A stretch of 32,000 nucleotides of DNA from Edaphobacter aggregans (GTDB taxonomy: Bacteria; Acidobacteriota; Terriglobia; Terriglobales; Acidobacteriaceae), in the NCBI RefSeq assembly GCF_003945235.1, contig NZ_RSDW01000001.1:3630001-3662000 (forward strand). Direction: 5' to 3'. Shown piece after piece: positions 18,169-27,319 of the stretch. Made by a program: the position numbers and the translations under genes. The notes beneath the pieces are model-generated. The model saw nothing but the letters and a program-made list of their open reading frames with translations, was not told the DNA's origin and made no database searches. Within the stretch, counting starts at the first letter, position 1; each line of letters opens with the position of its first letter.

Positions 18169-19410
18169 ATGCATCTTCTTGTGATCAATAGCGGATCGTC
18201 ATCGATCAAGTTTTCGATATTTGGCACGAGGGTGCGGACGGGGCGCGGGGAAGCGGTTGCTTTGCCCGCTTCGTTGTTTGAGGGTGAGGTGAGTGGGATC
18301 GGGAGCGGGTCTGCGGGTTTCAAGTTTCGCGATGCTGCGGGGAAGGATTTGAGTGGCGGCGTCTCTTCGGTGAAGGCTGAGAACTCGGTGGAGGCGATTG
18401 GCCGGGTGGTGGATGCTGTGAGTAGGGAAGGGATGCCGCAGGTGGATGCGGTAGGGTATCGGGTGGTGCATCCGGGGGCGAAGCTGGATCGGCATGTGCG
18501 GATTACGGATGCGGTGATGCGGGATCTGGAAGAGGCAGCGGTGTTTGCTCCGCTGCATGATCCGGCGGCGATTGAGATTATTCGGGAGACGATCGAGAGG
18601 TTTCCTGAGGCGAAGCACTATGCGGTGTTCGATACGGTGTTTCATGAGACGATGCCGGACGAGGCTACGGCGTATGCGATTCCAGAGGGGTTTCGTGAGC
18701 GCGGGGTGAGGCGGTATGGGTTTCATGGGCTGAGTTGCGAGTCGATTGTGCGGCAGGTGCTGGATGCGGCTGAACGCGGGGAGATGAAGTTTCCGCGACG
18801 GATGGTGATTGCGCATCTTGGTAGCGGTTGCAGCGTGACGGCGCTGGTGAAGGGACGGTCGGTGGATACGACGATGGGGCTGACCCCGACAGGTGGGGTG
18901 GTGATGGGGACGCGGCCGGGGGATCTGGATCCGGGGCTGGTGCTTTATTTGTTGCGGGAGATGAAGGGGGATCGTGAGGCTGCGTTCGCGGCGGTGGAAC
19001 GGCTGCTGAATCATGATTCGGGGATGGTGGGGTTGTCGGGGTTGCCGAACGATATGCGTAAGGTGAGGGCGGCTGCGGGTGGAGGCGATGCTCGGGCGGT
19101 GCTGGCGGTTGAGGTGTTTACACGGAGTGTGAAGAAGGCCGTTGGGGGATTTGTGGCGCTGATGGGTGGGTTGGATGCGCTGATTTTTTCGGGTGGGATC
19201 GGGGAACATGATGCGCAATCAAGGGCGGAGATTACGGATGGGCTTGCAGGGATAGGGATTTCTATTGATTCTGCGTTAAATGTGGCTCCGGGGAGCGGTT
19301 TGCGGCGGATTAGCGCATCTGAATCAGATACGGTCATTTTTGTGGTTCCGTCTCAGGAAGATCTGATGATTGCAACGCATGTGGATCGGATGAGTCGAGC
19401 CGGTTTGTAG
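18169..19410 (+). CDS. ackA: acetate kinase
   Basis: N-terminal LVINSGSSSIKF and overall AckA pattern (HRVVHPG, GFHGLS, FSGGIGEH). ATG at 18169 is preferred; the track begins at GTG 18163. Confidence 0.93.
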   Translation: MHLLVINSGSSSIKFSIFGTRVRTGRGEAVALPASLFEGEVSGIGSGSAGFKFRDAAGKDLSGGVSSVKAENSVEAIGRVVDAVSREGMPQVDAVGYRVVHPGAKLDRHVRITDAVMRDLEEAAVFAPLHDPAAIEIIRETIERFPEAKHYAVFDTVFHETMPDEATAYAIPEGFRERGVRRYGFHGLSCESIVRQVLDAAERGEMKFPRRMVIAHLGSGCSVTALVKGRSVDTTMGLTPTGGVVMGTRPGDLDPGLVLYLLREMKGDREAAFAAVERLLNHDSGMVGLSGLPNDMRKVRAAAGGGDARAVLAVEVFTRSVKKAVGGFVALMGGLDALIFSGGIGEHDAQSRAEITDGLAGIGISIDSALNVAPGSGLRRISASESDTVIFVVPSQEDLMIATHVDRMSRAGL

Positions 19411-19446
19411 CAAGTTAGCGAATCAATTTGGGTTGAGGAGAGTGCT

Positions 19447-21873
19447 ATGAGTGCTGTTTCTGCTTCGGCGGCGAAGGCGAACAAGGCAAAGGGTGCGACG
19501 GCTTCGACTTTGACGACGGATGAGTTGCGAAAGATGGATGCCTACTGGCGGGCTTGCAACTACCTGAGTGCGGGGATGCTTTATCTGAGAGAGAATCCGC
19601 TGCTCAGGACTCCGTTGAAGGCAGGACAGATCAAGGACAGGCTGCTGGGGCATTGGGGGTCGGATGCAGGGCAGAGCTTTACGTGGGTGCATTTGAATCG
19701 GCTGATCAAGAAGTACGATCTTGATTTGATCTTTTTGTCGGGGCCGGGGCATGGGGCTCCGGCGACGCTCGCGAATTGCTATCTGGAGGGCGTCTACTCG
19801 GAGGTTTATCCGGACAAGAGCGAAGATGATGCAGGGATGCAGAAGTTCTTCAAGCAGTTCTCGTTTCCGGGTGGGATCGGGAGCCATTGCACGCCGGAGA
19901 CTCCTGGGTCGATTCATGAAGGCGGTGAGCTGGGATATAGCTTGTCGCATGGATTTGGCGCGGCGTTCGACAATCCGAATTTGATTGTTGCGGTAGTGGT
20001 GGGAGATGGTGAGGCGGAGACGGGACCGCTGGCTACGAGCTGGCACTCGAATAAATTTCTGAATCCGGCGCGCGATGGTGCGGTGCTTCCAATACTGCAC
20101 CTTAACGGTTACAAAATAGCCAATCCTACTGTGCTGGCGCGGATTCCAGCGGAAGAGCTGGAGTGGCTGTTCAAGGGATATGGGTGGACTCCTTATGTTG
20201 TGGAAGGGCATGATCCGGCGCTGATGCATCAGCAGATGGCTGAGGTGACGGAACGGTGCGTGCTCGAGATCAGGGAGATTCAGGAGAAGGCGCGTAGTGC
20301 GAAGGCGGGGAAGGTACCGGAGCGGCCGCGGTGGCCGATGATTATTTTGCGGTCTCCGAAAGGGTGGACGGGGCCGAAGGAGGTGAATGGGCACAAGGTG
20401 GAGGATTTCTGGCGGGCGCACCAGATTCCGATTCTCGATCCTAAGACGAATCCTGTCGATTTGAAACTGCTAGAGAAGTGGATGAAGAGTTATAAGCCGG
20501 AAGAGCTGTTCGACAAGACGGGCCGGCTGGTGGAGGAGTTGAAGGAGATGGCTCCGGTGGGGGCGAAGCGGATCAGCGGGAATCCGCATGCGAATGGCGG
20601 GTTGTTGCGGAAGCCGCTGGAGTTGCCGGACTTTCGTGATTATGCGGTGGATGTGAAGAAGCCCGGGCAGATTGAGGTTTCACCGACGTACGTGCTGGGT
20701 GGATATCTGCGCGATGTGATGAAGAAGAATATGACGAGCTTCCGGGTGTTCGGGCCGGATGAGACGGCTTCGAATCGGCTGCAGTTGCTGTATGAGGCGA
20801 GCAAGAAGACCTGGATGGAGAAGATTCTGCCGGAGGATTCAGACGGGACTGAGATTGCTGCAGATGGCCGCGTGATGGAGATGTTGAGCGAACACACGCT
20901 GGAGGGATGGTTCGAGGGATATGTGCTGACGGGGCGGCATGGATTTCTTTCGAGCTATGAGGCGTTTGTGCACATCATCGACTCGATGTTCAATCAACAT
21001 GCGAAGTGGCTGGAGAAGAGCAAGCTGGAGCTGCGGTGGAGGGCTCCGATCTCGTCGATTAATTTGCTGATTACTTCGCTGGTTTGGCGGCAGGATCATA
21101 ACGGGTTTACGCATCAGGATCCGGGGTTTCTGGATGTGGTGACGAACAAGAGTCCGCATGTGACGCGGATTTATTTGCCGCCGGATGCTAACTGCTTGTT
21201 GAGCGTGGCGGATCACTGCCTGTGCAGTACGAACTACGTGAATGTGATTGTGGCAGACAAGGCTCCGCATTTGCAGTATCTGACGATGGATGAGGCGGTG
21301 AAGCATTGCACGAAAGGGATTGGGATATGGAATTTCGCCAGCAATGATGCGGGTGAGGAGCCTGATGTCGTGATGGCGTGTGCGGGCGATATTCCGACGG
21401 CGGAGGCGCTGGCGGCGGTGGCGATTCTGCGTGAGCGATGCGAGGGTTTGAAGATACGGTTTGTGAATGTGGTGGATCTGTTCCGGTTGATGCCGGAGAC
21501 GGAGCATCCTCATGGGTTGTCGGACAGGGAGTTCGACAGCTTGTTTACGAAGGATAAGCCGGTGATCTTCAACTTCCACGCGTATGCTTCACTGATTCAT
21601 AAGCTGACGTATCGGCGGACGAACCATGACAGCTTTCATGTGCGCGGGTACAAGGAGAAGGGGAATATCAATACTCCGTTGGAGCTGGCGATTTTGAATC
21701 AAGTGGATCGGTTCAACTTGGCGATCGATGTGATTGATCGCGTGCCGAAGCTGCAGGCTACGGCGGCGCATACGAAAGAGTGGTTGAAGGAACAGATTAT
21801 CGAGAGCATCAACTACGCGCATGAATATGGGATCGACCGGAAGGAGATTCGGGAGTGGAAGTGGCCGGTGTAG
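19447..21873 (+). CDS. xfp: xylulose-5-phosphate/fructose-6-phosphate phosphoketolase
   Basis: 808 aa with hallmark motifs ([38 protein letters not shown]). GAGGAG RBS. Begins 36 nt after ackA. Confidence 0.95.
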   Translation: MSAVSASAAKANKAKGATASTLTTDELRKMDAYWRACNYLSAGMLYLRENPLLRTPLKAGQIKDRLLGHWGSDAGQSFTWVHLNRLIKKYDLDLIFLSGPGHGAPATLANCYLEGVYSEVYPDKSEDDAGMQKFFKQFSFPGGIGSHCTPETPGSIHEGGELGYSLSHGFGAAFDNPNLIVAVVVGDGEAETGPLATSWHSNKFLNPARDGAVLPILHLNGYKIANPTVLARIPAEELEWLFKGYGWTPYVVEGHDPALMHQQMAEVTERCVLEIREIQEKARSAKAGKVPERPRWPMIILRSPKGWTGPKEVNGHKVEDFWRAHQIPILDPKTNPVDLKLLEKWMKSYKPEELFDKTGRLVEELKEMAPVGAKRISGNPHANGGLLRKPLELPDFRDYAVDVKKPGQIEVSPTYVLGGYLRDVMKKNMTSFRVFGPDETASNRLQLLYEASKKTWMEKILPEDSDGTEIAADGRVMEMLSEHTLEGWFEGYVLTGRHGFLSSYEAFVHIIDSMFNQHAKWLEKSKLELRWRAPISSINLLITSLVWRQDHNGFTHQDPGFLDVVTNKSPHVTRIYLPPDANCLLSVADHCLCSTNYVNVIVADKAPHLQYLTMDEAVKHCTKGIGIWNFASNDAGEEPDVVMACAGDIPTAEALAAVAILRERCEGLKIRFVNVVDLFRLMPETEHPHGLSDREFDSLFTKDKPVIFNFHAYASLIHKLTYRRTNHDSFHVRGYKEKGNINTPLELAILNQVDRFNLAIDVIDRVPKLQATAAHTKEWLKEQIIESINYAHEYGIDRKEIREWKWPV

Positions 21874-21902
21874 GTGAGGATTTCTCGCGGGCAGCAAGAG
21901 AT

Positions 21903-22031
21903 TTACGGCACGTTATGGTCGGAGCCGACGGGCTCTTGAAGCCGGCTAAATACGCTCCGCACAACGTGATCGCAGCGGATGCCCATAAAGGGGAAGGCTT
22001 CTTTCGCATTGGTTCCGATGCGGTGCGAGAG
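21903..22031 (-). other. in-frame, coding-like continuation of the ECF sigma gene beyond its TGA
   Basis: The 42 codons after TGA (22032-22034) read LSHRIGTNAKEAFPFMGIRCDHVVRSVFSRLQEPVGSDHNVP*, with 30 of 42 third positions G/C. They end 30 nt from the convergent xfp stop. Confidence 0.6.
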
Positions 22032-22613
22032 TCAGCTCCGTATCATGCCATGGCCTCGATGAAGCCGGACTTTGACATTTTCTTCGGTAAGGTCCAACGC
22101 CTCCGCTGTCTCGGAGGTGCTCAACTCTTCGATGTGGCGAAGCATGATGACGGTACGGTATCGCTCGGGCAGCTTTAGTACGGCCTGTTCGAGGAGTTCT
22201 CTTAGCTGTGTGTTTGAAGCGCTCTGCTCGGGGGTGGGGGATTGACCGGTCATCTTCATCGAAAGCTCTCCGTCGGTTTCGGTAGAGTCTAGTTGAGGAT
22301 TGCGGTCGCGTGCACGAAGGCGAGCCAATGACTCGTGCACGGCGATGCGCGATAACCACGTGGAAAACAAGGCACGTCCCGAGAATTGATCGAGATGCTC
22401 ATAGGCACGAACGTATGCATCCTGCATTACATCTTCAGCCTCGGCGTCGTCGTGGAGAATTGCGCGGGCGATGCGATAGAGGCGTTGGTTGTATCGACGC
22501 ATAATGACTTCATAGAGCGCGGTCTCACCTGCCGGACGCGGTCCACCACCTCCTGGTCGCTCAATACTTCTAATATCGAATTCTCCATAAGGAGCCTGGT
22601 TGCCATAATTCAC
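22032..22613 (-). CDS. ECF-subfamily RNA polymerase sigma-70 factor (as terminated by in-frame TGA)
   Basis: Region 2 (AEAEDVMQDAYVRAYEHLDQF...FSTWLSRIAVHESL) and region 4 HTH (ELSTSETAEALDLTEENVKVRLHRG) are present. GTG start at 22613. Confidence 0.85.
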   Translation of the reverse strand: MNYGNQAPYGEFDIRSIERPGGGGPRPAGETALYEVIMRRYNQRLYRIARAILHDDAEAEDVMQDAYVRAYEHLDQFSGRALFSTWLSRIAVHESLARLRARDRNPQLDSTETDGELSMKMTGQSPTPEQSASNTQLRELLEQAVLKLPERYRTVIMLRHIEELSTSETAEALDLTEENVKVRLHRGHGMIRS

Positions 22614-22785
22614 TCGTCCAACGAATGGAGTGCAGCGAGTAGGAAAGGTTACAAAAGACGCTTTTGGGACTCAGACCGGTTGCCGAAACAAGACGTGTAA
22701 ACCTAAGTGTTTCCGGATTTGTTGATATTTCCTATTGGTTGTAACCAATCTCCGGTCCGAAACTCTCTTCAGTGAGAGGTAGGAG

Positions 22786-23205
22786 ATGAATAGATTCGAT
22801 CGCCGTCTTGATGTTAGCTGGTGGGCTTTGAGAATTTCGCTGGGCTTGATGGGCGTTATCGCTGGTATCGACAAATTCTTCAATAAATTGGCGGATTGGG
22901 GCATGTATCTGAGTCCTTATGCAAAAGCGATCCCCGTCAGCACTTCCACCTTCATGCATATCGTAGGTGGGGTGGAGGTTATCGCTGGTTTGATCGTGCT
23001 CAGCCGCTGGACAAAGGTAGGTAGTTATATTGTCATGTTGTGGTTGATTGCCATTGAGGTCAATCTGCTGACCACCGGAATGTTTTATGACCTTGCGATG
23101 CGGGATCTTCAAATCGCCGTTGGTGCATTTGCGCTCTCGCAGCTTACTATTGTCCGCGAGCGATCCGCGCGGGAGATAGCGGTTGGGAGTCGGGTATCGC
23201 TGTAA
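22786..23205 (+). CDS. DoxX-like membrane protein
   Basis: GGTAGGAG RBS. LRISLGLMGVIAGIDKFF plus three further hydrophobic helices. Divergent from the ECF sigma gene. Confidence 0.65.
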   Translation: MNRFDRRLDVSWWALRISLGLMGVIAGIDKFFNKLADWGMYLSPYAKAIPVSTSTFMHIVGGVEVIAGLIVLSRWTKVGSYIVMLWLIAIEVNLLTTGMFYDLAMRDLQIAVGAFALSQLTIVRERSAREIAVGSRVSL

Positions 23206-23248
23206 TCGTTCGGTTACCAGTGTAGCTAACCCGTTTATTTGAACTGAA

Positions 23249-23599
23249 ATGGAGGAGATCGTGAAAATACTTACTTCCTTACTGGCGTTCGGTCTATTGG
23301 CTGCGCCAGCACTGGCTCAAACAAAGACGTTCGACGATGTTGCAATTGTTGATGTGGCCTGTTCGAAGAAGGTGGCTGCCGATCCGAATTCGCACACGCG
23401 CGAGTGCGCTCTGATGTGTGAGAAGAGCGGATTCGCTATCGTTACGTCGGACAAGCAGGTACTGAAACTCGACGCGAATGGCAATGCAAAGGTTGCTGAG
23501 GCGTTGAAGGCTTCGGATAAGGTCGATCATCTGCGGGTCAACGTTAGCGGCGATGTACAGGGCGATACGCTGAAGGTGACTTCCGTAAAGCTACTGTAA
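23249..23599 (+). CDS. small secreted Cys-containing protein, hypothetical
   Basis: Signal peptide (ILTSLLAFGLLAAPALA). Mature part has 3 Cys (VACSKK...HTRECALMCEKSG). Start is ATG 23249 or GTG 23261, the latter directly after GGAGGAG. Confidence 0.65.
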   Translation: MEEIVKILTSLLAFGLLAAPALAQTKTFDDVAIVDVACSKKVAADPNSHTRECALMCEKSGFAIVTSDKQVLKLDANGNAKVAEALKASDKVDHLRVNVSGDVQGDTLKVTSVKLL

Positions 23600-23666
23600 C
23601 GAGTGTTCACACGCTTGCCCAGGCAGTGATGCTGCGCGAAGAGGATTAGTGTTGTTGATCAAAAGG

Positions 23667-23708
23667 AAAGCCCCACCTGCCATGAATGCGCAGGTGGGGC
23701 TTTTGTTG
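23667..23708. terminator. bidirectional rho-independent terminator
   Basis: Perfect 14-bp stem AAAGCCCCACCTGC / GCAGGTGGGGCTTT with a 9-nt loop. T-run on the + strand (ttttgttg) and T-rich run on the - strand. It sits between the convergent genes ending at 23599 (+) and 23720 (-). Confidence 0.75.
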
Positions 23709-23719
23709 AATGATGCGGT

Positions 23720-26700
23720 TTAGAAGATGATCTTCGCACCGAACTGCGTGTTGAAGGGTTCGCCCGCGCCGATACCGGGGGCGCCGTTGTAGTCGCCGAT
23801 GGTATCACCGAGGCTGAAGTCTCCTTGATTGGAGACATCGCCCCAGCCCGGAGGAGCGTAGTTGGCGCGGTTGAAGAGGTTGAACATTTCAGCCCGGAGT
23901 TGAATGTTGATGTGCTCCGTAACCTTGGTGTCCTTGAAGACGGAGAAGTCGACGTCGGAGTAGCCCGGTCCATAGTAGCCATTGCGGCGTGTTGTGCCGA
24001 ATGTGCCAGGAGCAGGATCGGTAAAGGCTGCGGGATCGAGCCAGTTGGAGCCGGGTTTCTGTCCCTGGTAGCCCTTGCGGACGGGACCAATCTGGACGGC
24101 GCGATCGTTGCCTTCGTTGGTGCCGCTGATGTCGCCAGAGGCGTGGACGGTGAAGGGTTGACCACCATGGAAGCTAAGCAGAGAGTTGACCTGCCAGCCG
24201 TTGGTGAGAAGGCGTGCATGGGAAGAACCGGGAATCTGATAGCTGACGAAGCTGACAAAGGTGTTTCGGGTGTCGAAGTCCGAGTTGCTGTAGTCACCCT
24301 TGAAGTTGTAGTTGTCCTGGGGGAGAGCGCCTCGATAGGCAGAGACCTCGTCCAGGTTGTGGCTCCAGGTGTAGACGGTCGAGCCGGAGAGATGATGCCA
24401 GTTCTGTAGGCGAAGCTGGGCCTGGAGAGCGTTGTAGTTCGAGGTGCCGATGCTCTCGACTTGGTTGATGTTGCTGTATTGCGGATAAAGCTTGTAGTAG
24501 GGACGTAGCGTTTGATCCGAAGCCTGGTTGAGATCGAGCAGGCTCAACAGACGGCGCCCTTCGCTGCCAACGTATCCGATTTGCGCGAAGACGCTGGAGT
24601 TGAGGGAGTGCTCGACGTTGACGCTGTAGTTCTCGTTGTAAGCGGAGCGGAAGTTGTTGTCGATAGAGAAGACGCCGCAAGTGGAGGTGGCGGTGCAGGG
24701 ATAGCTTTGCGACGATGGGAAGATTGCGACGTTCTTCTGGATGGTGCTCTTTGCGCCTGCGACTGGAGCCACAGTGTAGACGGGGCTGGGACCGCCGGGA
24801 TTTCCTTCCACGCCGTTGGGTGCAGCGTTGCCGGGGCGATTGTCGAGGAAGGGGTTGAGGTTAGGAGTATCGAAGTAGAAGCCGAAACCTACGCGGACAA
24901 CGGTGCTCGAGGTAGCTTGATAGCTTGCTCCAAGGCGTGGGCTGAAGCTCTTGTAGTAGCGCTGGTAGACGCTGTCGATCTGGTCGCCCTGGAAGGCAAG
25001 TCCGTTTGAGGCAGTAAGCGAAGGCCGGAAGACCGACATGTTTTTGTAAGGGTTGTGGAAGGGGCCCTCGTAGTCGAACCGGATGCCGTAGTTGACGTTG
25101 AGTTTGGGGTTGAATTGCCAGGAGTCGCCTGCGTTGAGGAACCAGGTGTTGACGAAGACCTGACGGTCGGGGTCACCAATTGCAATGGAGGCGTTCGAGG
25201 TAAATCCGGCGAGGTAGTCGGCCAGCGCATAGCGATAACCATCGAGGTTGTCGGGGTTTGGCGGAGCGAGAACGGCTCCGGGAAGGCTCTGTATGCGGCT
25301 GCCGTCGAAGGTGAATGAGCCGGTGGCGTGGCGATGATAGAACTCGTCGAGCTGGGCCTTGCGGAACTCGCCGCCGAAACGCAGCTGGTGCTTGCCGATG
25401 ACCCATGAGAGCTGATCGGTGAGGTGACCGGTGATGTCGTTGCGACCCTCGGGAGGCGTCTCACCGACGGGATCAAAGTTCTTGATGCTGATGTTGGGGG
25501 CGTTGGGGAAGGGAGCGCCGGTAATGAAGCCGAGGGTTTGGACGTTTCCGGGGGTCTTATAGTCGTTGAAGACCTGGTTGAAGTAGTTGACTCCGGCGAG
25601 GAGTTGATTGGTCATGCTGGACGAGATGACACGGTCATAGACGATAGCGATGTTCTGCACGTGAATGGGAGCCTCTTCGTAGTAAGAGACTAGCTGGGAA
25701 CCGACGGGAGCAACCTGGTTGCCCTGACCGACAAACCAGTGGGCACTGAGGTTGTCCTTGCTGCTGAGACGGTAGTCGACTTTTCCGAGCCCGTTCCAGC
25801 TGTAACCGAACTCGGGATCGCTGGAGTGGTAGTTCAGCTTCGTGCCGACGGTGTCCTGAGCGAGAGTGCTAGACCCCCAGAGGGTATTGAGCACATCCTG
25901 CATGACCGGGTTCACGGCGATGTGGTTGGCGGCAAGGATGGTCTTGGCCTGATTCTGCCAGCCGACCGAGGGCTCTGTTGCGCTGCCGGATTGGCCGATA
26001 ACAAAGCGCTGATGCTCAAGGGTGAGGAAGCCGAAGAGTTTGTCATGGAGGAAGGGACCGCCCACGGAGAAGCCGGTGTTGTAGTTGCGGACCTTCTGCT
26101 TGGTGTCGGAGAAGGGGCTCTTCGCTCCGAAGGCTTCGTTGCGGTTGAAGTAGTAGACGCTGCCGTGAAGCTGGTTGGTGCCGGCGCGGAGAGTGAGGTT
26201 CACGGTGCCGCCCGGGTTACGGCCACCTTCAGGTCCAGCTTGGGTCTGCGCAGAGAACTGATCTACGGCGTCGAGGGGAAGGATGATACCGGCGATGCCG
26301 GAGACGCCGCCCTGGTTGACGGCGGGAACGTTGTGCCAGAGGTCGTTGTTGTCGACTCCGTCGATCTGCCAGTTCATCTGGTTCGCGCGGGTGCCGTTGA
26401 GTGAACCATAACCGCCGCCGGAATAGCCAGCGTAGCCGGGGGTGAGCTGGATCATCTGAGTGAAGTCGCGACCATTGAGTGGAAGGTCGGAGACGGCCTT
26501 GGCATCAAGAACCGTGGTCTGCGTGGTGGTGGTGGTGTCGAGGGTAATGCTGGCGGCGTCGACCTCGATCGTTGTCACAGAGCTAGAGAGTGGAAGGGCG
26601 ATGGGGAGGGTGTAGATCGTTCCAGCGGAGACGAGGATCTTGTCGGTCTTTACGGTCTGGAAGCCTGTGAAAGAGGCCGTGACGCTGTAGTTGCCGAGCG

Positions 26701-26938
26701 GGAGATCCTGAAAGAGGAAGGTTCCGGCGCTTGAGCTGACAGTGTTATGAATTACGCCGGTGTCGGTCTGGGTGGCAATTACGGTGGCGTTGGCGATGGC
26801 CGCGCCGGTGTGGTCGGTGACGGTACCGTTGATGCCTCCGCGGAAGGTTTGGGCAATGCCGGGAAGAGTACAGACGAGGGCTAGAGTGAAGGCAATGAAT
26901 CTAAGGAGAGTTATTCGTGGTTTTCGTGCTGAACGCAT
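23720..26938 (-). CDS. TonB-dependent-receptor-like outer-membrane protein with N-terminal carboxypeptidase-regulatory-like domain
   Basis: Start at ATG 26938 (GGAGG RBS, signal peptide MRSARKPRITLLRFIAFTLALVCTLPGIAQ). CarboxypepD_reg-like segment (INGTVTDHTGAAIANATVIATQ...GNYSVTASFTGF), plug-like LNGRDFTQMIQLTPG, long beta-strand-rich body and terminal ...FGAKIIF*. Confidence 0.85.
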   Translation of the reverse strand: MRSARKPRITLLRFIAFTLALVCTLPGIAQTFRGGINGTVTDHTGAAIANATVIATQTDTGVIHNTVSSSAGTFLFQDLPLGNYSVTASFTGFQTVKTDKILVSAGTIYTLPIALPLSSSVTTIEVDAASITLDTTTTTQTTVLDAKAVSDLPLNGRDFTQMIQLTPGYAGYSGGGYGSLNGTRANQMNWQIDGVDNNDLWHNVPAVNQGGVSGIAGIILPLDAVDQFSAQTQAGPEGGRNPGGTVNLTLRAGTNQLHGSVYYFNRNEAFGAKSPFSDTKQKVRNYNTGFSVGGPFLHDKLFGFLTLEHQRFVIGQSGSATEPSVGWQNQAKTILAANHIAVNPVMQDVLNTLWGSSTLAQDTVGTKLNYHSSDPEFGYSWNGLGKVDYRLSSKDNLSAHWFVGQGNQVAPVGSQLVSYYEEAPIHVQNIAIVYDRVISSSMTNQLLAGVNYFNQVFNDYKTPGNVQTLGFITGAPFPNAPNISIKNFDPVGETPPEGRNDITGHLTDQLSWVIGKHQLRFGGEFRKAQLDEFYHRHATGSFTFDGSRIQSLPGAVLAPPNPDNLDGYRYALADYLAGFTSNASIAIGDPDRQVFVNTWFLNAGDSWQFNPKLNVNYGIRFDYEGPFHNPYKNMSVFRPSLTASNGLAFQGDQIDSVYQRYYKSFSPRLGASYQATSSTVVRVGFGFYFDTPNLNPFLDNRPGNAAPNGVEGNPGGPSPVYTVAPVAGAKSTIQKNVAIFPSSQSYPCTATSTCGVFSIDNNFRSAYNENYSVNVEHSLNSSVFAQIGYVGSEGRRLLSLLDLNQASDQTLRPYYKLYPQYSNINQVESIGTSNYNALQAQLRLQNWHHLSGSTVYTWSHNLDEVSAYRGALPQDNYNFKGDYSNSDFDTRNTFVSFVSYQIPGSSHARLLTNGWQVNSLLSFHGGQPFTVHASGDISGTNEGNDRAVQIGPVRKGYQGQKPGSNWLDPAAFTDPAPGTFGTTRRNGYYGPGYSDVDFSVFKDTKVTEHINIQLRAEMFNLFNRANYAPPGWGDVSNQGDFSLGDTIGDYNGAPGIGAGEPFNTQFGAKIIF

Positions 26939-27319
26939 AGTACCTCCGCAAAAATGAGACAAGAATTTCCTGCCCGTCCTGAGGACGGTTTTTTGTGTAA
27001 TGAATGCAGAATGCCGGCTTCGCAGCGGGATTGCTGCGGGTACGTCACTGTGTTCCAAAGGCCGAACGGCTAGTTGAAATGTGGCGAAAACGACTGTTTA
27101 AGAAAGGAGTTATGCAAACGTATTCTCGCTTTGAGAATTTTGCAAGAATTATTTTGGGACGAACGCACTGAATTCAGGGACGAAGTTCGCGCACGATCAA
27201 GCGCCATCTATGAGCATTAAAACTCAGTAAATACGCGGCTTTTCGGAGGTTTGCTTGTTGCTTCGGAGGATATTTTTGAAGAGGTTGATGAAGGGTTTTG
27301 TATCTCGTGATCAAAACAT

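Noticed and set aside
15030-21579. Long antisense ORFs (15030-15809, 16110-16694, 16815-18023, 18199-19218, 19423-20421, 20839-21579)
   Set aside because: All are Arg/Pro/His/Leu-rich mirror frames of confidently identified + strand genes (MscS, propeller, ackA, xfp), which is typical of GC-rich DNA.
22032-22034. TGA in the sigma gene as a selenocysteine codon
   Set aside because: Sigma factors are not known selenoproteins. The downstream hairpin is only 5 bp and does not look like a bacterial SECIS. Trp to stop, or read-through, is more parsimonious.
22614-22785. ECF-type promoter (GGAAC/GAAAC-N16-17-CGT) in the divergent sigma/DoxX-like intergenic region
   Set aside because: GAAAC and GGAAAC strings occur, but the spacing to any CGT or GTC element is wrong (13-14 nt or more than 20 nt). 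No defensible call can be made.
23659-26404. Multiple ORFs of 60-220 aa inside or antisense to the TonB-type receptor gene
   Set aside because: These are shadow frames within a continuous 1072-aa gene that has coherent domain order and a terminal Phe.
26974-26994. Plus-strand terminator-like hairpin (CCGTCC-tga-GGACGG followed by TTTTTT) in the 5' leader region of the minus-strand receptor gene
   Set aside because: No + strand gene ends there and the stem is only 6 bp. It may block antisense transcription or be part of the leader structure, but I cannot support a call.
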